Shown here: piece after piece, positions 50,526 through 60,520 of the stretch | Numbering within the stretch: the stretch's first letter is position 1 | Layout of the letters: every line of letters begins with the position of its first letter | From: Candidatus Bathyarchaeota archaeon | Lineage (GTDB): Archaea > Thermoproteota > Bathyarchaeia > Bathyarchaeales > Bathycorpusculaceae | Length of the DNA: 64,000 nt | Reading direction: 5' to 3' | Assembly: GCA_963818655.1 (NCBI GenBank) | Contig: CAWFTD010000019.1 | Coordinates: forward strand, 109,332 to 173,331 | The notes under the pieces: generated by a model | The model's database searches: none | What the model was told of the DNA's origin: nothing | The model's input: only the letters and a program-made list of their open reading frames with translations | Made by a program: the position numbers and the translations under genes

Positions 50526-51404
50526 TTATTCTGAAAGATAGTTGATGATGCGTTGGTAGATGTCTTTGTCGCTGGAGTCCTCGTAGCCTGCGTAGATGCT
50601 TGGGTTATCGTTGACTTCCACGACCACGTAGTCGCCGTTGACTTCTTTGATGTCCACGCCATAGAGCCCCTTGCCGACAACGCTGCATGCTTTAAGTGCC
50701 ACTTCCCGGAGCCTCGTAGGCATATCACGTTTTTGTGAACTTACAGTTCTGCCCCAAATCACCGTTGGTTTGCCGCGGAGTTTGGCGCCATGCTTCCATT
50801 TGCCCTTAGGAATCATGTATTTGCAGACATAAAGTACATCGTTGTTTAGGACGCCGACTCTCCAGTCAAACGCTGTTGGCGTAAACTTTTGGATGGCTAA
50901 AACATCAGATTTCTTAAAGAACCGTTTTGCAACCTCACGAAAACTGGTTTCGCAAGCAGCTTTTTCCACATAACGAGAGAAGCTCGTGTATGGAGCCTTT
51001 ATGACAACGGGTTTTCCGAGTTCTTCAAAGATATCGTTGATTTTTTTGCGGTGCAACTCATCCTTGTTTAGGAACACAGTGGGAATGTGAGGAACATTAA
51101 ACTTTTCAAAGAGTGCATATTGATGGATTTTGTTGCCGCATACCGTGATGGATTCTGGGTCGTCGATGACTTTCATGCCTAGTTCCCATGCGGTTTTGGA
51201 AACCACATAAGCCGTGTTTAGGGGATCTGTTGTTGCTCTGATGAAGACGGAGTCGTATTTTGGCACATCAGAAATGTTTTCGCGGAATAGGAAGTTGAAT
51301 TGGTTGCCTGATTTTTCAGCGGCTAACTTGAAGTTGGAGAGCGCGCCTTCCTCACGGGGATCAGTAAAATTATATTTCTCAACAAAACAAGCGATCTTAG
51401 ACAC
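50526..51404 (-). CDS. RimK-family ATP-grasp ligase
   Basis: VFIRATT, VIDDP.SI..C.NK, VVIKAP..SFS, DWRVGVL, YGVDIK and EVNDNP motifs. Confidence 0.9.
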   Translation of the reverse strand: MSKIACFVEKYNFTDPREEGALSNFKLAAEKSGNQFNFLFRENISDVPKYDSVFIRATTDPLNTAYVVSKTAWELGMKVIDDPESITVCGNKIHQYALFEKFNVPHIPTVFLNKDELHRKKINDIFEELGKPVVIKAPYTSFSRYVEKAACETSFREVAKRFFKKSDVLAIQKFTPTAFDWRVGVLNNDVLYVCKYMIPKGKWKHGAKLRGKPTVIWGRTVSSQKRDMPTRLREVALKACSVVGKGLYGVDIKEVNGDYVVVEVNDNPSIYAGYEDSSDKDIYQRIINYLSE

Positions 51405-52098
51405 CGAAGGGTTCACCCTGCTCAGAAATGAGCAAAACCTCTTTGGATATTATTTGCAAATCCTGTTCGGAAAGCTCCTCTTTCTCTACGGGTTGCAGTC
51501 CACACAAATAAGCTTTATCTACAGTTTTTTGTATGTGAAGTTTGCAAACCGGGATTTTGAAAGTCTCATACACCTTTTTGGCGATTGTTTTTGTCTCTGT
51601 CTCAGCCCTGGTGACCTTGCCGAAAAAGCTTTTGACTGTTAGCAATTCGCCCTTGAGCGGTTGGGCGCAAACAGCAAATTTGTAATTCATACCCAAGCTT
51701 TTCATACCGCGGTAGAGTGCGCTTTTGTTTTGGGCAATTTTGAAGCCATCGTAAATGAATGGGTTGACTGCGAATAAAATTACTGGAAAACCAAGCTCCG
51801 TCATGATTTTTTTGACAGAATCGGTGACGAGGCTGGGTAATGTTGGAACTCCAGCTTTCGCTGCACGGAGCAGAAGTAATGGGGTTCGGCTGGAATCGAT
51901 GATGTCTTCGCAAGATGGGATAACGCGGTTGCCTAAAATCTCTGCGTGCATAGACACATAATAGCCAGCCTTCATGTAGCGGTATTCATTGCTAATGTTC
52001 AGTGTTGGTTCTTTGATTGTGGATCCTAAAAACGACGCCGGCTTCATTATTTGAAGATTAGCTGTTAGGTCGATGTTTGAGACGACCAACACGGTCAT
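51397..52098 (-). CDS. RimK-like ATP-grasp N-terminal (RLAN) domain protein
   Basis: N.S..Y.Y...GYYVSMHAE..G..VIPS RLAN signature; overlaps the start of the RimK gene. Confidence 0.85.
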   Translation of the reverse strand: MTVLVVSNIDLTANLQIMKPASFLGSTIKEPTLNISNEYRYMKAGYYVSMHAEILGNRVIPSCEDIIDSSRTPLLLLRAAKAGVPTLPSLVTDSVKKIMTELGFPVILFAVNPFIYDGFKIAQNKSALYRGMKSLGMNYKFAVCAQPLKGELLTVKSFFGKVTRAETETKTIAKKVYETFKIPVCKLHIQKTVDKAYLCGLQPVEKEELSEQDLQIISKEVLLISEQGEPFGV

Positions 52099-52204
52099 GA
52101 GACACCAGGTAATTGGAAGGCGTTATTCGTGCAGTTATATTTAAAATTAACTATACGTATAACAGCAATCCAAGTTGAAACTAAACAAAAAAAAGGCAAA
52201 AACA

Positions 52205-53392
52205 ATGTATAAACCGCTAGAAGTCTTCGGACCAGAACACGAATACTCCTTAGTTGACAAAGACCTAAAGCCTCTGCCAATTAGCGACAAAATTATAAAA
52301 GATTACTGCGGCAAAATCATAAACTTCATTGAATTGCCAAAATTTACGTTTGGCAAAGAACTGCAACTGCATGTAATGGAGATTAAGGCCAATGAACCCT
52401 TCAAAACACCCTTTGAATTCGAGGAAACAATGCATAATGCTGTTACAACACTAAACCAAATCGTCCAAAAACACGGCGCTATGTTACTTGGCACAGGTAT
52501 GCATCCCCTTCTTAAACTGCAAGACACCGCCATCTGGCCACACTACCATAAAAGAATCTACCAAGAGTACGGCAAAATATTCAATCTTAAACAACACGGA
52601 TGGCTAAACATCCAAAGCTTCCATCTAAATTTGCCCTATCAAAAAGAAGCCGACGCCATCCAAACCCACAACCAACTCACAAACCTGTCCGCTTATCTGC
52701 CCGCAATCACTGCTTCCTCACCAATTTATGAAGGCAAAAGCGGCCAAGACAAAGACAACCGCCTGCAATTCTATAAGGCAAATCAGAGCGAGGTCCCGTC
52801 TATAACGGGCGATGTCATTCCAGAATATGTTTCTTCATTCAGCCAGTACAAACGAGACGTTATTGACCGCTACTCAAATGATTTAGAAAAAGCAGGCGCG
52901 GACAAAACGTTGCTGAACCGGGAATGGGTTAATTCACGAGGTGTGATTTTCCGGTTTGACCGTTGTGCCCTTGAAGTCAGGGTGATGGATGAGCAGGAAT
53001 GCGTCAAATCGGATGTGGCGTTGGCATGTTTTGTGCGGGCTACCCTCAGAGGTTTGATTGCGTCAAACGCTGAGCTTTTGCCGCATGACGTTTTGGTTAA
53101 GGACCTTAATACGGTCATAAAGGATGGTTTAAATGCTAACGTCTCGAGTCCGCATGGAAAAACGGGGCGGCAGGTGTGCCGATACTACCTCAAATTAGCC
53201 TTTGAGCATGCAGAGGAAGATGAGAAAAAGTACTTGTGGCTCGTTGAGAAGCGGATAAAGGAAGGCAGTCTCTCAGATCTCGTGCGGGCAAGGGTTTTGA
53301 GGCGCGCCCAGAAAACAGATTTCCAAGATGCTGTCGTTGATGTTTATTCAACGCTTATTAAGTGCCTTTCCGATAATCAACCCTACTTCTAG
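52205..53392 (+). CDS. glutamate--cysteine ligase family 2 (GCS2) carboxylate-amine ligase
   Basis: GPEHEY, ELQLHVMEIK, GTGMHP, QSFHLN, ASSP and RFDR..EVRVMD motifs. Confidence 0.9.
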   Translation: MYKPLEVFGPEHEYSLVDKDLKPLPISDKIIKDYCGKIINFIELPKFTFGKELQLHVMEIKANEPFKTPFEFEETMHNAVTTLNQIVQKHGAMLLGTGMHPLLKLQDTAIWPHYHKRIYQEYGKIFNLKQHGWLNIQSFHLNLPYQKEADAIQTHNQLTNLSAYLPAITASSPIYEGKSGQDKDNRLQFYKANQSEVPSITGDVIPEYVSSFSQYKRDVIDRYSNDLEKAGADKTLLNREWVNSRGVIFRFDRCALEVRVMDEQECVKSDVALACFVRATLRGLIASNAELLPHDVLVKDLNTVIKDGLNANVSSPHGKTGRQVCRYYLKLAFEHAEEDEKKYLWLVEKRIKEGSLSDLVRARVLRRAQKTDFQDAVVDVYSTLIKCLSDNQPYF

Positions 53393-53400
53393 GTGCTCTG

Positions 53401-53943
53401 ATGCCAGAAGACAATAACGGATTAACTTACGCATTTGACGTTTGCAGCCAATGCAAAAGCATCTGTTGCCAAGACGCCAAACCGCCACTAAGTGAAAATC
53501 GAAAAAAAATTCTCCGAAAATACCTAAAAAAACAAAAAATAAACATCGCTGAGCCATTTGCCAAAAACGATTACTCTTTCCCAGCCGTCGATGAAGAGAT
53601 TTACTGCAAATTATTCAGCAGGCAAACGGGCAAATGCATGGTGCACCCTGTGAAGCCTGAAACATGTGTAAGCGGACCAATAACATTCGATATTAACTTT
53701 AAAACAAAAAAGGTTGAATGGTTCTTGAAGACCTCTGAACTCTGCGCTTACGCAGGGTCTCTCTACAAAAATAAAGCCGCTTTTAAGGAGCATTTTGAAG
53801 TGGCGAAAAAACAAATCACCACACTAATCAAACAGTTGAGTGCCGACGAGTTGAGAGCAATTGTTAAAATCGATGAGCCCCAAACCTTCAAAGTAGGCGA
53901 AGACGACTTGTCCTCTGAAATGATTAAAAAACTCGATTTATAG
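53401..53943 (+). CDS. YkgJ/CxxCxxCC cysteine-cluster protein
   Basis: CSQCKSICC and C...C.VH.VKPETC..GP motifs. Confidence 0.88.
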   Translation: MPEDNNGLTYAFDVCSQCKSICCQDAKPPLSENRKKILRKYLKKQKINIAEPFAKNDYSFPAVDEEIYCKLFSRQTGKCMVHPVKPETCVSGPITFDINFKTKKVEWFLKTSELCAYAGSLYKNKAAFKEHFEVAKKQITTLIKQLSADELRAIVKIDEPQTFKVGEDDLSSEMIKKLDL

Positions 53944-54270
53944 AAAGCCTGCGTCTCTTAGTTTGAGAGCCACGCTGATGTTGCCTTTGAACTGGACTCT
54001 TCCAGTGAAGAAGGCTTTTTCAGCACTAATTTTTCCATTCACTAGGTCCATGAAGTCGTTCTCATTCATCTTCAAAGTTAGGGAAGGCGATGGATGGGTT
54101 CCTTCGGTTACCTGAAGTTTCTGGTCTTTAATAGTGACTGTCCAGTTACCTCCCTCGAGCCCCGTTACGTTTATTTGAGTTACAACGTCGATGCCTGCTG
54201 CTTTTTCTGGTTTAAACCTCGCGGGTAAGGCTCTTTCGAAGAAATCTTTGGGTGTTTGTGTATCCATCAT
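53938..54270 (-). CDS. SCP2 sterol/lipid-binding domain protein
   Basis: GGNWTV.IKD, DFMDLVNGK and AFFTGRVQFKGN motifs. Confidence 0.9.
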   Translation of the reverse strand: MMDTQTPKDFFERALPARFKPEKAAGIDVVTQINVTGLEGGNWTVTIKDQKLQVTEGTHPSPSLTLKMNENDFMDLVNGKISAEKAFFTGRVQFKGNISVALKLRDAGFL

Positions 54271-54329
54271 TTCAACCCGTTGATTTTTAGCTATTTTATG
54301 CAGTTGGGTTATTGAACGTTTGGTTAACT

Positions 54330-55088
54330 CTATCTGAAGAGGTCTCTTTCTTTAGCTCTAGTTAGCGATGTTGCTGACGCTTTTTCGTCTGGTTGGTAGT
54401 TGTATCCCCTGATGATGGCGGCTGGGATGCCCTCGTTTGCTTGACCAATAACAAGTTCTGCGGCTGATGCGAGTTCGTCTGCGATGGCGGTTTGCTTGAT
54501 TTTGAGAACATAGCCAAAGAGGTCTTTTTCGCCTCGCCTATCCCTTATGGGTTTGAATCCTGCTACTCCAACTGCTACGTTAATCTCGCCTAACCTAAAT
54601 GGTCTGCCATGCGTGTCCGAAACAATGACAGCCACATCAGCGCCAGTCAAACGTTTAATTTCTTTTCTAATATTCTCTGCCGAAGCGCTAGGGTTTTTGG
54701 GTAGAGGCACAACATTTCTGTCGCCTGAAACGTTAGATTTGTCCACTCCAGCGTTGGCGCAGATTATGCCGCTGACGGTTTCTGTTATGATGCTGTTTTG
54801 TCCAATTCTCACGATGTCTTTGGTTTCTTGAAGAACAACTTCAACTAAAGCGGGGTCTTTGTTGGTTTTTTGCGCGATTTCCTTTGCCCTTTCTGAAGGT
54901 GTGACTTGGTCAAGGTTGATTATGTTTCCTTCCGCCTTCGAAACCACGACGTGCGTAACAACAATGACGTCTTTTTGCTGGATTGGATTGTTCTGTTTTT
55001 TTGCGGCTTCAACTATCAGCTTGCCTAAGTTGTTTCCTTTCTTTATTAGCGGTAAATTCTCAACTGCGAACACTTGAATAGGATTCAA
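54330..55088 (-). CDS. cofE: coenzyme F420-0:L-glutamate ligase
   Basis: VVSKAEG, CANAGVD.SN, SDTHGRPFR.G and ADELASAA motifs. Confidence 0.93.
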   Translation of the reverse strand: MNPIQVFAVENLPLIKKGNNLGKLIVEAAKKQNNPIQQKDVIVVTHVVVSKAEGNIINLDQVTPSERAKEIAQKTNKDPALVEVVLQETKDIVRIGQNSIITETVSGIICANAGVDKSNVSGDRNVVPLPKNPSASAENIRKEIKRLTGADVAVIVSDTHGRPFRLGEINVAVGVAGFKPIRDRRGEKDLFGYVLKIKQTAIADELASAAELVIGQANEGIPAAIIRGYNYQPDEKASATSLTRAKERDLFR

Positions 55089-55228
55089 TCATTTCGCCTC
55101 TTTTCTTAGGTTGCTAATCAAGCGATAGAACTTAAGTTTATCTTTGCCAAAAACTTAGAAAATGAAAACTGAAAAAAGGATAATTGGAAAAATTGAGAGA
55201 GACCAAAAAGGTCTGTTGATTTCGCTGT

Positions 55229-55954
55229 TTAGCTTCGGAACTTCTGCAGTTTCTGCAGCATCAGTTTGTCGCCTTCAGCGTCACCTGCACATGTTGCAAT
55301 GATGCCGTCGACTAATCCGACAAGTTGTGATGCTTTCTCTTCAACTGTTTCCATGGTTGCAGCAGTTGGCCATCCAATCATTTTGACGGTTTCAACGTTT
55401 TTGTCTGTTCCGACTAGGAAGTATGCGAAGAGTGGCTTGTTGAGTTTTTTGCATTCTGCTGATACTGCTTTGAGTGTTTCAAATGATGAGTCTTGTAAGC
55501 GCATAAAGTATACGAAGTCCCATGGTTCACGTACACGTTCAAGAGTCTCTTCAATTGAGCGTCTTGCAGTTAAGAGGCAGCCGAGTTTTAGGTTTTTGGT
55601 CTTCAAATTGGTGCGTATAAAGTCTCTTGCTGCTTCGGATGATGGAAGCATTTTTATGGGTTCACCGAACTTGGGTTTGTCACCCATCGTGACTGCTAAG
55701 CCGTCTAGCCCGATGATGTCGGATGCTAAAGCTAAGCCTCCTACTTCAACTGGACCTTTGTAGTGTAGAATGAATATGGGTACGACATATTTTTCTGGGT
55801 ACTTGTATTTGAGTAAGCAGCTTACTACTACGCCGCTTGGCGCTGGGAAACCTGCTGCGCTGTCAGTTACGTTCCATCCGTCGACTAAGTCTTTGAGTTC
55901 TTCGGCAAGCTTTAAGAATTTTCGTGTTGGCACAAACTCGTTTAGTATTTTCAT
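55229..55954 (-). CDS. methylenetetrahydrofolate reductase (MetF)-like protein, short and divergent
   Basis: EFVP, NVTDSAAG and LAVTMGD.P align with the MetF E..PP, NVTD and ALTGDP motifs. Confidence 0.55.
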   Translation of the reverse strand: MKILNEFVPTRKFLKLAEELKDLVDGWNVTDSAAGFPAPSGVVVSCLLKYKYPEKYVVPIFILHYKGPVEVGGLALASDIIGLDGLAVTMGDKPKFGEPIKMLPSSEAARDFIRTNLKTKNLKLGCLLTARRSIEETLERVREPWDFVYFMRLQDSSFETLKAVSAECKKLNKPLFAYFLVGTDKNVETVKMIGWPTAATMETVEEKASQLVGLVDGIIATCAGDAEGDKLMLQKLQKFRS

Positions 55955-56083
55955 GGAGATTTCATCTCAGGTTAAAGAGGTGAGGGGTTTGGGTTAAAAA
56001 GGCTTTTGCATACACAAGGTTTACCTCAGCAGTTTGATATATTTTCGAGAGTAACGACAAAATCAAGTTTTAATTGTGTTTTT

Positions 56084-56939
56084 TTAGTGCAGAGAAGCTT
56101 TTTTAGCGCGTTTCCGTTTAGACTTTGATAATCTGGCAACTTCTTGCTTATCAACCATTTCTTTGGAGACATCGAGGTTTTCTACGAGTCTTTCACCCAC
56201 CTTAGACCTAACGATGACCGTCGAGTAACCCTGTTTGCTTCCCGCAGAACCCACCGAAACATCCGCGAACCGAGACGTAAAATCATCACAAAAACCGCAA
56301 GCCTTCTCAGCAGCAAAATCAAGGTCCTTTACCCTGCAACCATACTCTTTCCCATTAACCTCCAAAAGGAACTTTCCAAGCCGCACCTGAGTTTTGGTAG
56401 CTTTATCTAAATCAACGCCCAATCGTGCCTTTACTTCTTCAGCTAATTTTGCTTTGTTGAAGGCTTCAAAACAAAACAATCCCAAAACAATGATTTGGCA
56501 TTCTTTCTTTAGGGTCTTCTGTATTCTTCTTGCTGCCTTAGCCTCGCAGGGCGTACAGACGATAGCTATACGTTTCTTGCCTTGGGTTATTAATTCTCGC
56601 AGTTTTTTTGTAACGTTAACTCTTGAGGTATTTTGTTCCCTTAGCCGCCAAAACATCACTGGAATTCAACGCGACGACGGCTTCTGCGGTATATCCTTTC
56701 ATACAACGGACAACTATTGCTGAATCAAACAAGCCTTCATTGAAGCCATTAACCAAAAGCGTCGAGACAACTCCGCCATCCTGCCCCTCGATGCTGGTTT
56801 TTGCAGAAAACATGTCACAGTAAACGCCAACGTCTGGGTCTTTAGCGCCCTTCAAAAATTCCTCCTCGATTTTTGCTTCATCCTCAGCCTTGAAATTACT
56901 GCGTTTTTCTGCTTGATTTTCTTTCATTAAAACTTTCAA
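56084..56939 (-). CDS. F420 hydrogenase/dehydrogenase beta-subunit (FrhB/FdhB family) protein, frameshift near 56620
   Basis: GQDGGVVS.LL, AAKGTKY, TPCE, LGLFCFE and C..C.DFTS..ADVSVGS.GS motifs. Confidence 0.88.
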
Positions 56940-57018
56940 CCGATTTTTGCTTAGATTTAGCTATATTTTCAGGCAAATAAAGCTTTAAACCCTTAAGCGA
57001 TGATTAAAAGTCAACTGG

Positions 57019-57528
57019 TTGGCTGAACGTTTGGCAAATAAACATAAAATCAACTACGTCGAAGGCGACGAAGCTCTACTTGACCAAATTAAGCCGTTAT
57101 GGGAAACCCTAAACCGCCATCATTTGGGTTTATCAGAGAACTTTAAGCAGTATTACCTCGACATGACTTTTCAGAAAAGAAAAGCCGACTTGCTAAAGAA
57201 AGCAGGGCTCGGCGAAATGCACGTTGAGATAGCAGTTGACAAGATAAGCGGGCAAAACGTGGGCTACTGCGTAAGTAGCGTCACCCTCGAAAAGACCGGT
57301 GAAATCAAATCCATCTTCGTTGCTGAGACTTTCAGGGGCATGGGCATAGGTGATGCTTTGATGCAGAAAGCGTTGATTTGGCTGGAGCAAAACGGTGCAG
57401 CAGAAAAAATCGTTGAAGTCGCTGCTGGTAATGAACGCGCTTGGGGTTTCTACGCTCGTTACGGATTTTTGCCTCGAAAAACCATGCTTAAACAGGTAAA
57501 AAAGCCCAAATCACCGAATTCACCATAG
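57019..57528 (+). CDS. GNAT N-acetyltransferase
   Basis: IFV...FRGMGIG and N..A..FY..YGF motifs. Confidence 0.9.
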   Translation: MAERLANKHKINYVEGDEALLDQIKPLWETLNRHHLGLSENFKQYYLDMTFQKRKADLLKKAGLGEMHVEIAVDKISGQNVGYCVSSVTLEKTGEIKSIFVAETFRGMGIGDALMQKALIWLEQNGAAEKIVEVAAGNERAWGFYARYGFLPRKTMLKQVKKPKSPNSP

Positions 57529-57620
57529 CTTATTACGCTTTGGCACGGCTATTTTGTGATTATTTTAAGGAAACGTAAATTAATTTGACAAATACTACTT
57601 TTTGTTAGTTTGTGGTTATT

Positions 57621-58400
57621 ATGAAAATTGCTGTTTCTGGTAAAGGCGGCGTTGGCAAAACCCTAATCGCTGGCGGTTTAGCTCGTGGTTTTGTTGAACG
57701 CGGATTAAAAACCATAGCGATTGACGCAGATTCCTCGCCAAACCTTGGTTTAACGTTGGGTTTATCGGTTGAGGAAACCCGCAAAATAGTGCCCATTACA
57801 GAGAATAAGCCACTGGTAGAGTCTAAAACCAGCACAGGCTACAATAGCATTTATAATTTGAATTTCACAGTAGACGACATTGTCAGGGACTACTCCATTT
57901 CCACTCCGTTGGGTGCAAACTTGATTGTTATGGGTACGGTGCAGGCGATGGAGGCCGGTTGCATGTGCGCACCAAACGCCGTCATCCGCGCCCTGCTAAG
58001 GCACCTGGTTGTTGAGCGAAATGAAGCTGTGGTTTTAGACCTTGAAGCAGGAGTAGAGCACATCGGTAGGGGCACAGCACGACAAGTCGACGCATTACTA
58101 ATCGTAGCCGACTCAAACCTAAAATCGCTGGAAATTGCCAAACACATCCATGACTTAGCATCAAAAGCAGGAATGAAACAACTCTACCTCATTGGAAACA
58201 GAGTAATGAATGAAACTCAAAAGCAGGCTATTCAAAGGTTCGCTGATAAAAACGGGCTTTCTCTGCTTGCTTTTGTGCCTTTCGACCAGAAGGTTATCGA
58301 GGCAGACATGCTTGGGGAAACCCCGCTTAAAAACAAGGAAATCGATGCAGTTAAGACCATAGACAATATATGTGAGCTTTTGCTAAAGAAAACAACTTAA
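57621..58400 (+). CDS. cooC: CO dehydrogenase/ACS nickel-insertion ATPase (CooC/AcsF)
   Basis: GKGGVGKT, DAD...NL, GCMC and DLEAGVEHIGRG motifs. Confidence 0.9.
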   Translation: MKIAVSGKGGVGKTLIAGGLARGFVERGLKTIAIDADSSPNLGLTLGLSVEETRKIVPITENKPLVESKTSTGYNSIYNLNFTVDDIVRDYSISTPLGANLIVMGTVQAMEAGCMCAPNAVIRALLRHLVVERNEAVVLDLEAGVEHIGRGTARQVDALLIVADSNLKSLEIAKHIHDLASKAGMKQLYLIGNRVMNETQKQAIQRFADKNGLSLLAFVPFDQKVIEADMLGETPLKNKEIDAVKTIDNICELLLKKTT

Positions 58401-58480
58401 TCCGTTTTAATTCATCAAATAACTATTTTTAACGTTTTTTTGTCTTTGCGTGTGGACTTGATTTCATGTCGGGTAGTTGT

Positions 58481-58789
58481 TTATACAATTTGTTTATACG
58501 TTATCGAGGTGCAACGTGGTAGGTTCATGCGGTTTTTTAATGGTTCGATTAGTTTTTGTGTGTCCTCGATGTAAGCAAGGGTGAGTTTTAGGGTGTTTTT
58601 ATCGGTTTTGCAGATTGTAAAATTGAATTTTGCGGTTGCTGTAAGTATTGCGATTTCGTCTTCGATTCCTTCGAATATGCGTTGGACTTCTCTTTCTTTG
58701 AAGATGGCTTTTTCAGGTGGTCGAGGCTTTATCAAGTCGTCTATTCTAAGAATTTTCTTTCGCAAAAACTTGTCTGCCTCTGATTTCAA
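58481..58789 (-). CDS. hypothetical protein (possibly a degenerate transposase C-terminus)
   Basis: 102-aa ORF with no clear family motif, downstream of a transposase-like fragment. Confidence 0.4.
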   Translation of the reverse strand: MKSEADKFLRKKILRIDDLIKPRPPEKAIFKEREVQRIFEGIEDEIAILTATAKFNFTICKTDKNTLKLTLAYIEDTQKLIEPLKNRMNLPRCTSITYKQIV

Positions 58790-58819
58790 GGCGCCCTACA
58801 CCTACTTTTTTTATTTTCC

Positions 58820-59050
58820 AATCAAAAAGCAGTGGTCTCAACTCGCTTAGCACCGACGACTACTACCTAAGCCTGCCAAACTCGCCGTGCAAACACTCAC
58901 CTTTCGGGGCTCTCCTTATGAATGCACTTCTAAAATCTCAGTTCCTTACCCGCAGGACAAACATAAATCCTCTTGATCGAGTCATACATGAAATTATCAG
59001 TGCAGAATTCGAGCCGTACGAAACTACGGATTAGTTGGGTTGGTCACATG
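58820..59050 (-). mobile_element. IS1182-like transposase remnant
   Basis: Minus-strand translation EFCTDNFMYDSIKRIYVCPAGKELRF matches the F.YD....Y.CP.G..L motif of IS1182-family transposases; stops follow. Confidence 0.5.
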
Positions 59051-59133
59051 AAATCAGATCAATAATGAAAAACCTCTTGGAATTTAGTTAGCTTTAAAAG
59101 TATTAAGAATCCGTTCTTAAAGGTTGACCGTTC

Positions 59134-60394
59134 ATGCCTCTTGAAAATCCCAATAATCCATATGATAAACTCGAACATTGGCCTCCAATGACGTACAGAA
59201 ACCACTCAACCATCAGTTCTGAGACTAATAAGACCTTTAGGGGCCTCCTTGAGACAGAAAACACATCCAAACATAACATGGAATTGCAGCCGTGGATTCC
59301 ATTCTGCGACGGCAAATGCACTTTCTGCTATTTCCCTGTAAACTGCGATAAGCAAAATGTCGACTTATACCTTGAAGCTTTAAAGAAAGCATTGAGCTTC
59401 TACGCTGAAAGTCCATATGTTAAATCAAGCACCTTTAGCGAATTTTACATAGGCGGAGGAAGCCCATCTGTTCTCGCTAAAAACCAAATAGAGGAAATTC
59501 TCCGCTTTTGCAGACAAACATTCAGCTTCACCCCCAACTCCACAACAAAGTTTACCGCATGCACAAATAATCTTACAGAAGAGAAAATCCAGCTTTTTTC
59601 TTCAAATGCAGTTGACCAATTAGATATAGGAATCCAAACATTTGACGAAGGTCTTCGCAAGATTCTCATGCTACGTGATAGCACCACTAAGGCAAAGCAA
59701 AAACTCAGAGAAGTCAAAAAACACGGATTGCATGTTAGTATAGACTTGCTCTATAACCTGCCAGGGCAGTCCATCGAGCAATGGAAAGAAGACCTAAAAC
59801 AATCGGTTGAACTAGATCTGGAAAGCGTTGATTGCTATCCTTTGGAGTTGTACCCAGACACGCCACTTTCAAATATGATTGCCAAAGGAGAACTGCCTCC
59901 AGCGAATGGCGATGCTAAAGAACTTGAAATGTACCTTGAAGCTTACCGATTTTTCAAGGAAAACGGTTACGCACCAACTTGTCATAACAGGTTTTCAAGA
60001 CTTAAAGAAGACTTCGACAAACCCTCCTCGGAAGTAATTGGGACAGGCGCAGGGCTTTTTCATGGGACGTTTAGGAAGCTATCTTTACTCAGATATAGAA
60101 AACGTTGAAGAATACATTGCCAAGGTTCAAAATGGAGAGTTGCCCATTTCAAAGCTTGCTAAGCTCTCTTTGGAAGATGAAATGAGAACGGCTATGATGT
60201 TGATTTATGTTCGTGTTCCAGTGGATCGAGAGGAATTCAAAGCTCAGTTCGGAAAGTTTCCTGAAGAAGCATTTCCAGATGCGATTGATAAACTTCAACG
60301 CAATGGGCTAATCAAAGTGGAAGACGGGAAAATAAGCCTAACTGAGAAAGGCGACCCGTGGAGATTCAACATAGCATGGGAGTTCTTCAAGTAG
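59134..60394 (+). CDS. HemN/HemW-like radical SAM protein (frameshift near 60050)
   Basis: IPFCDGKCTFC, YIGGGSPS, IGIQTF and IDLLYNLPGQ motifs; HemN-like C-terminus LTEKG in the second frame. Confidence 0.88.
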
Positions 60395-60520
60395 AATCCC
60401 GGCGGTTAAAAGTGCTAAATTGAAAACAAAACTTTCTTGCAGCTTAACCGGAAATGTGTGTTAAAAACCGTTAACCTTAAATCGATAATTCATATCTATG
60501 TCGATATGTCGGTGTCGTAT

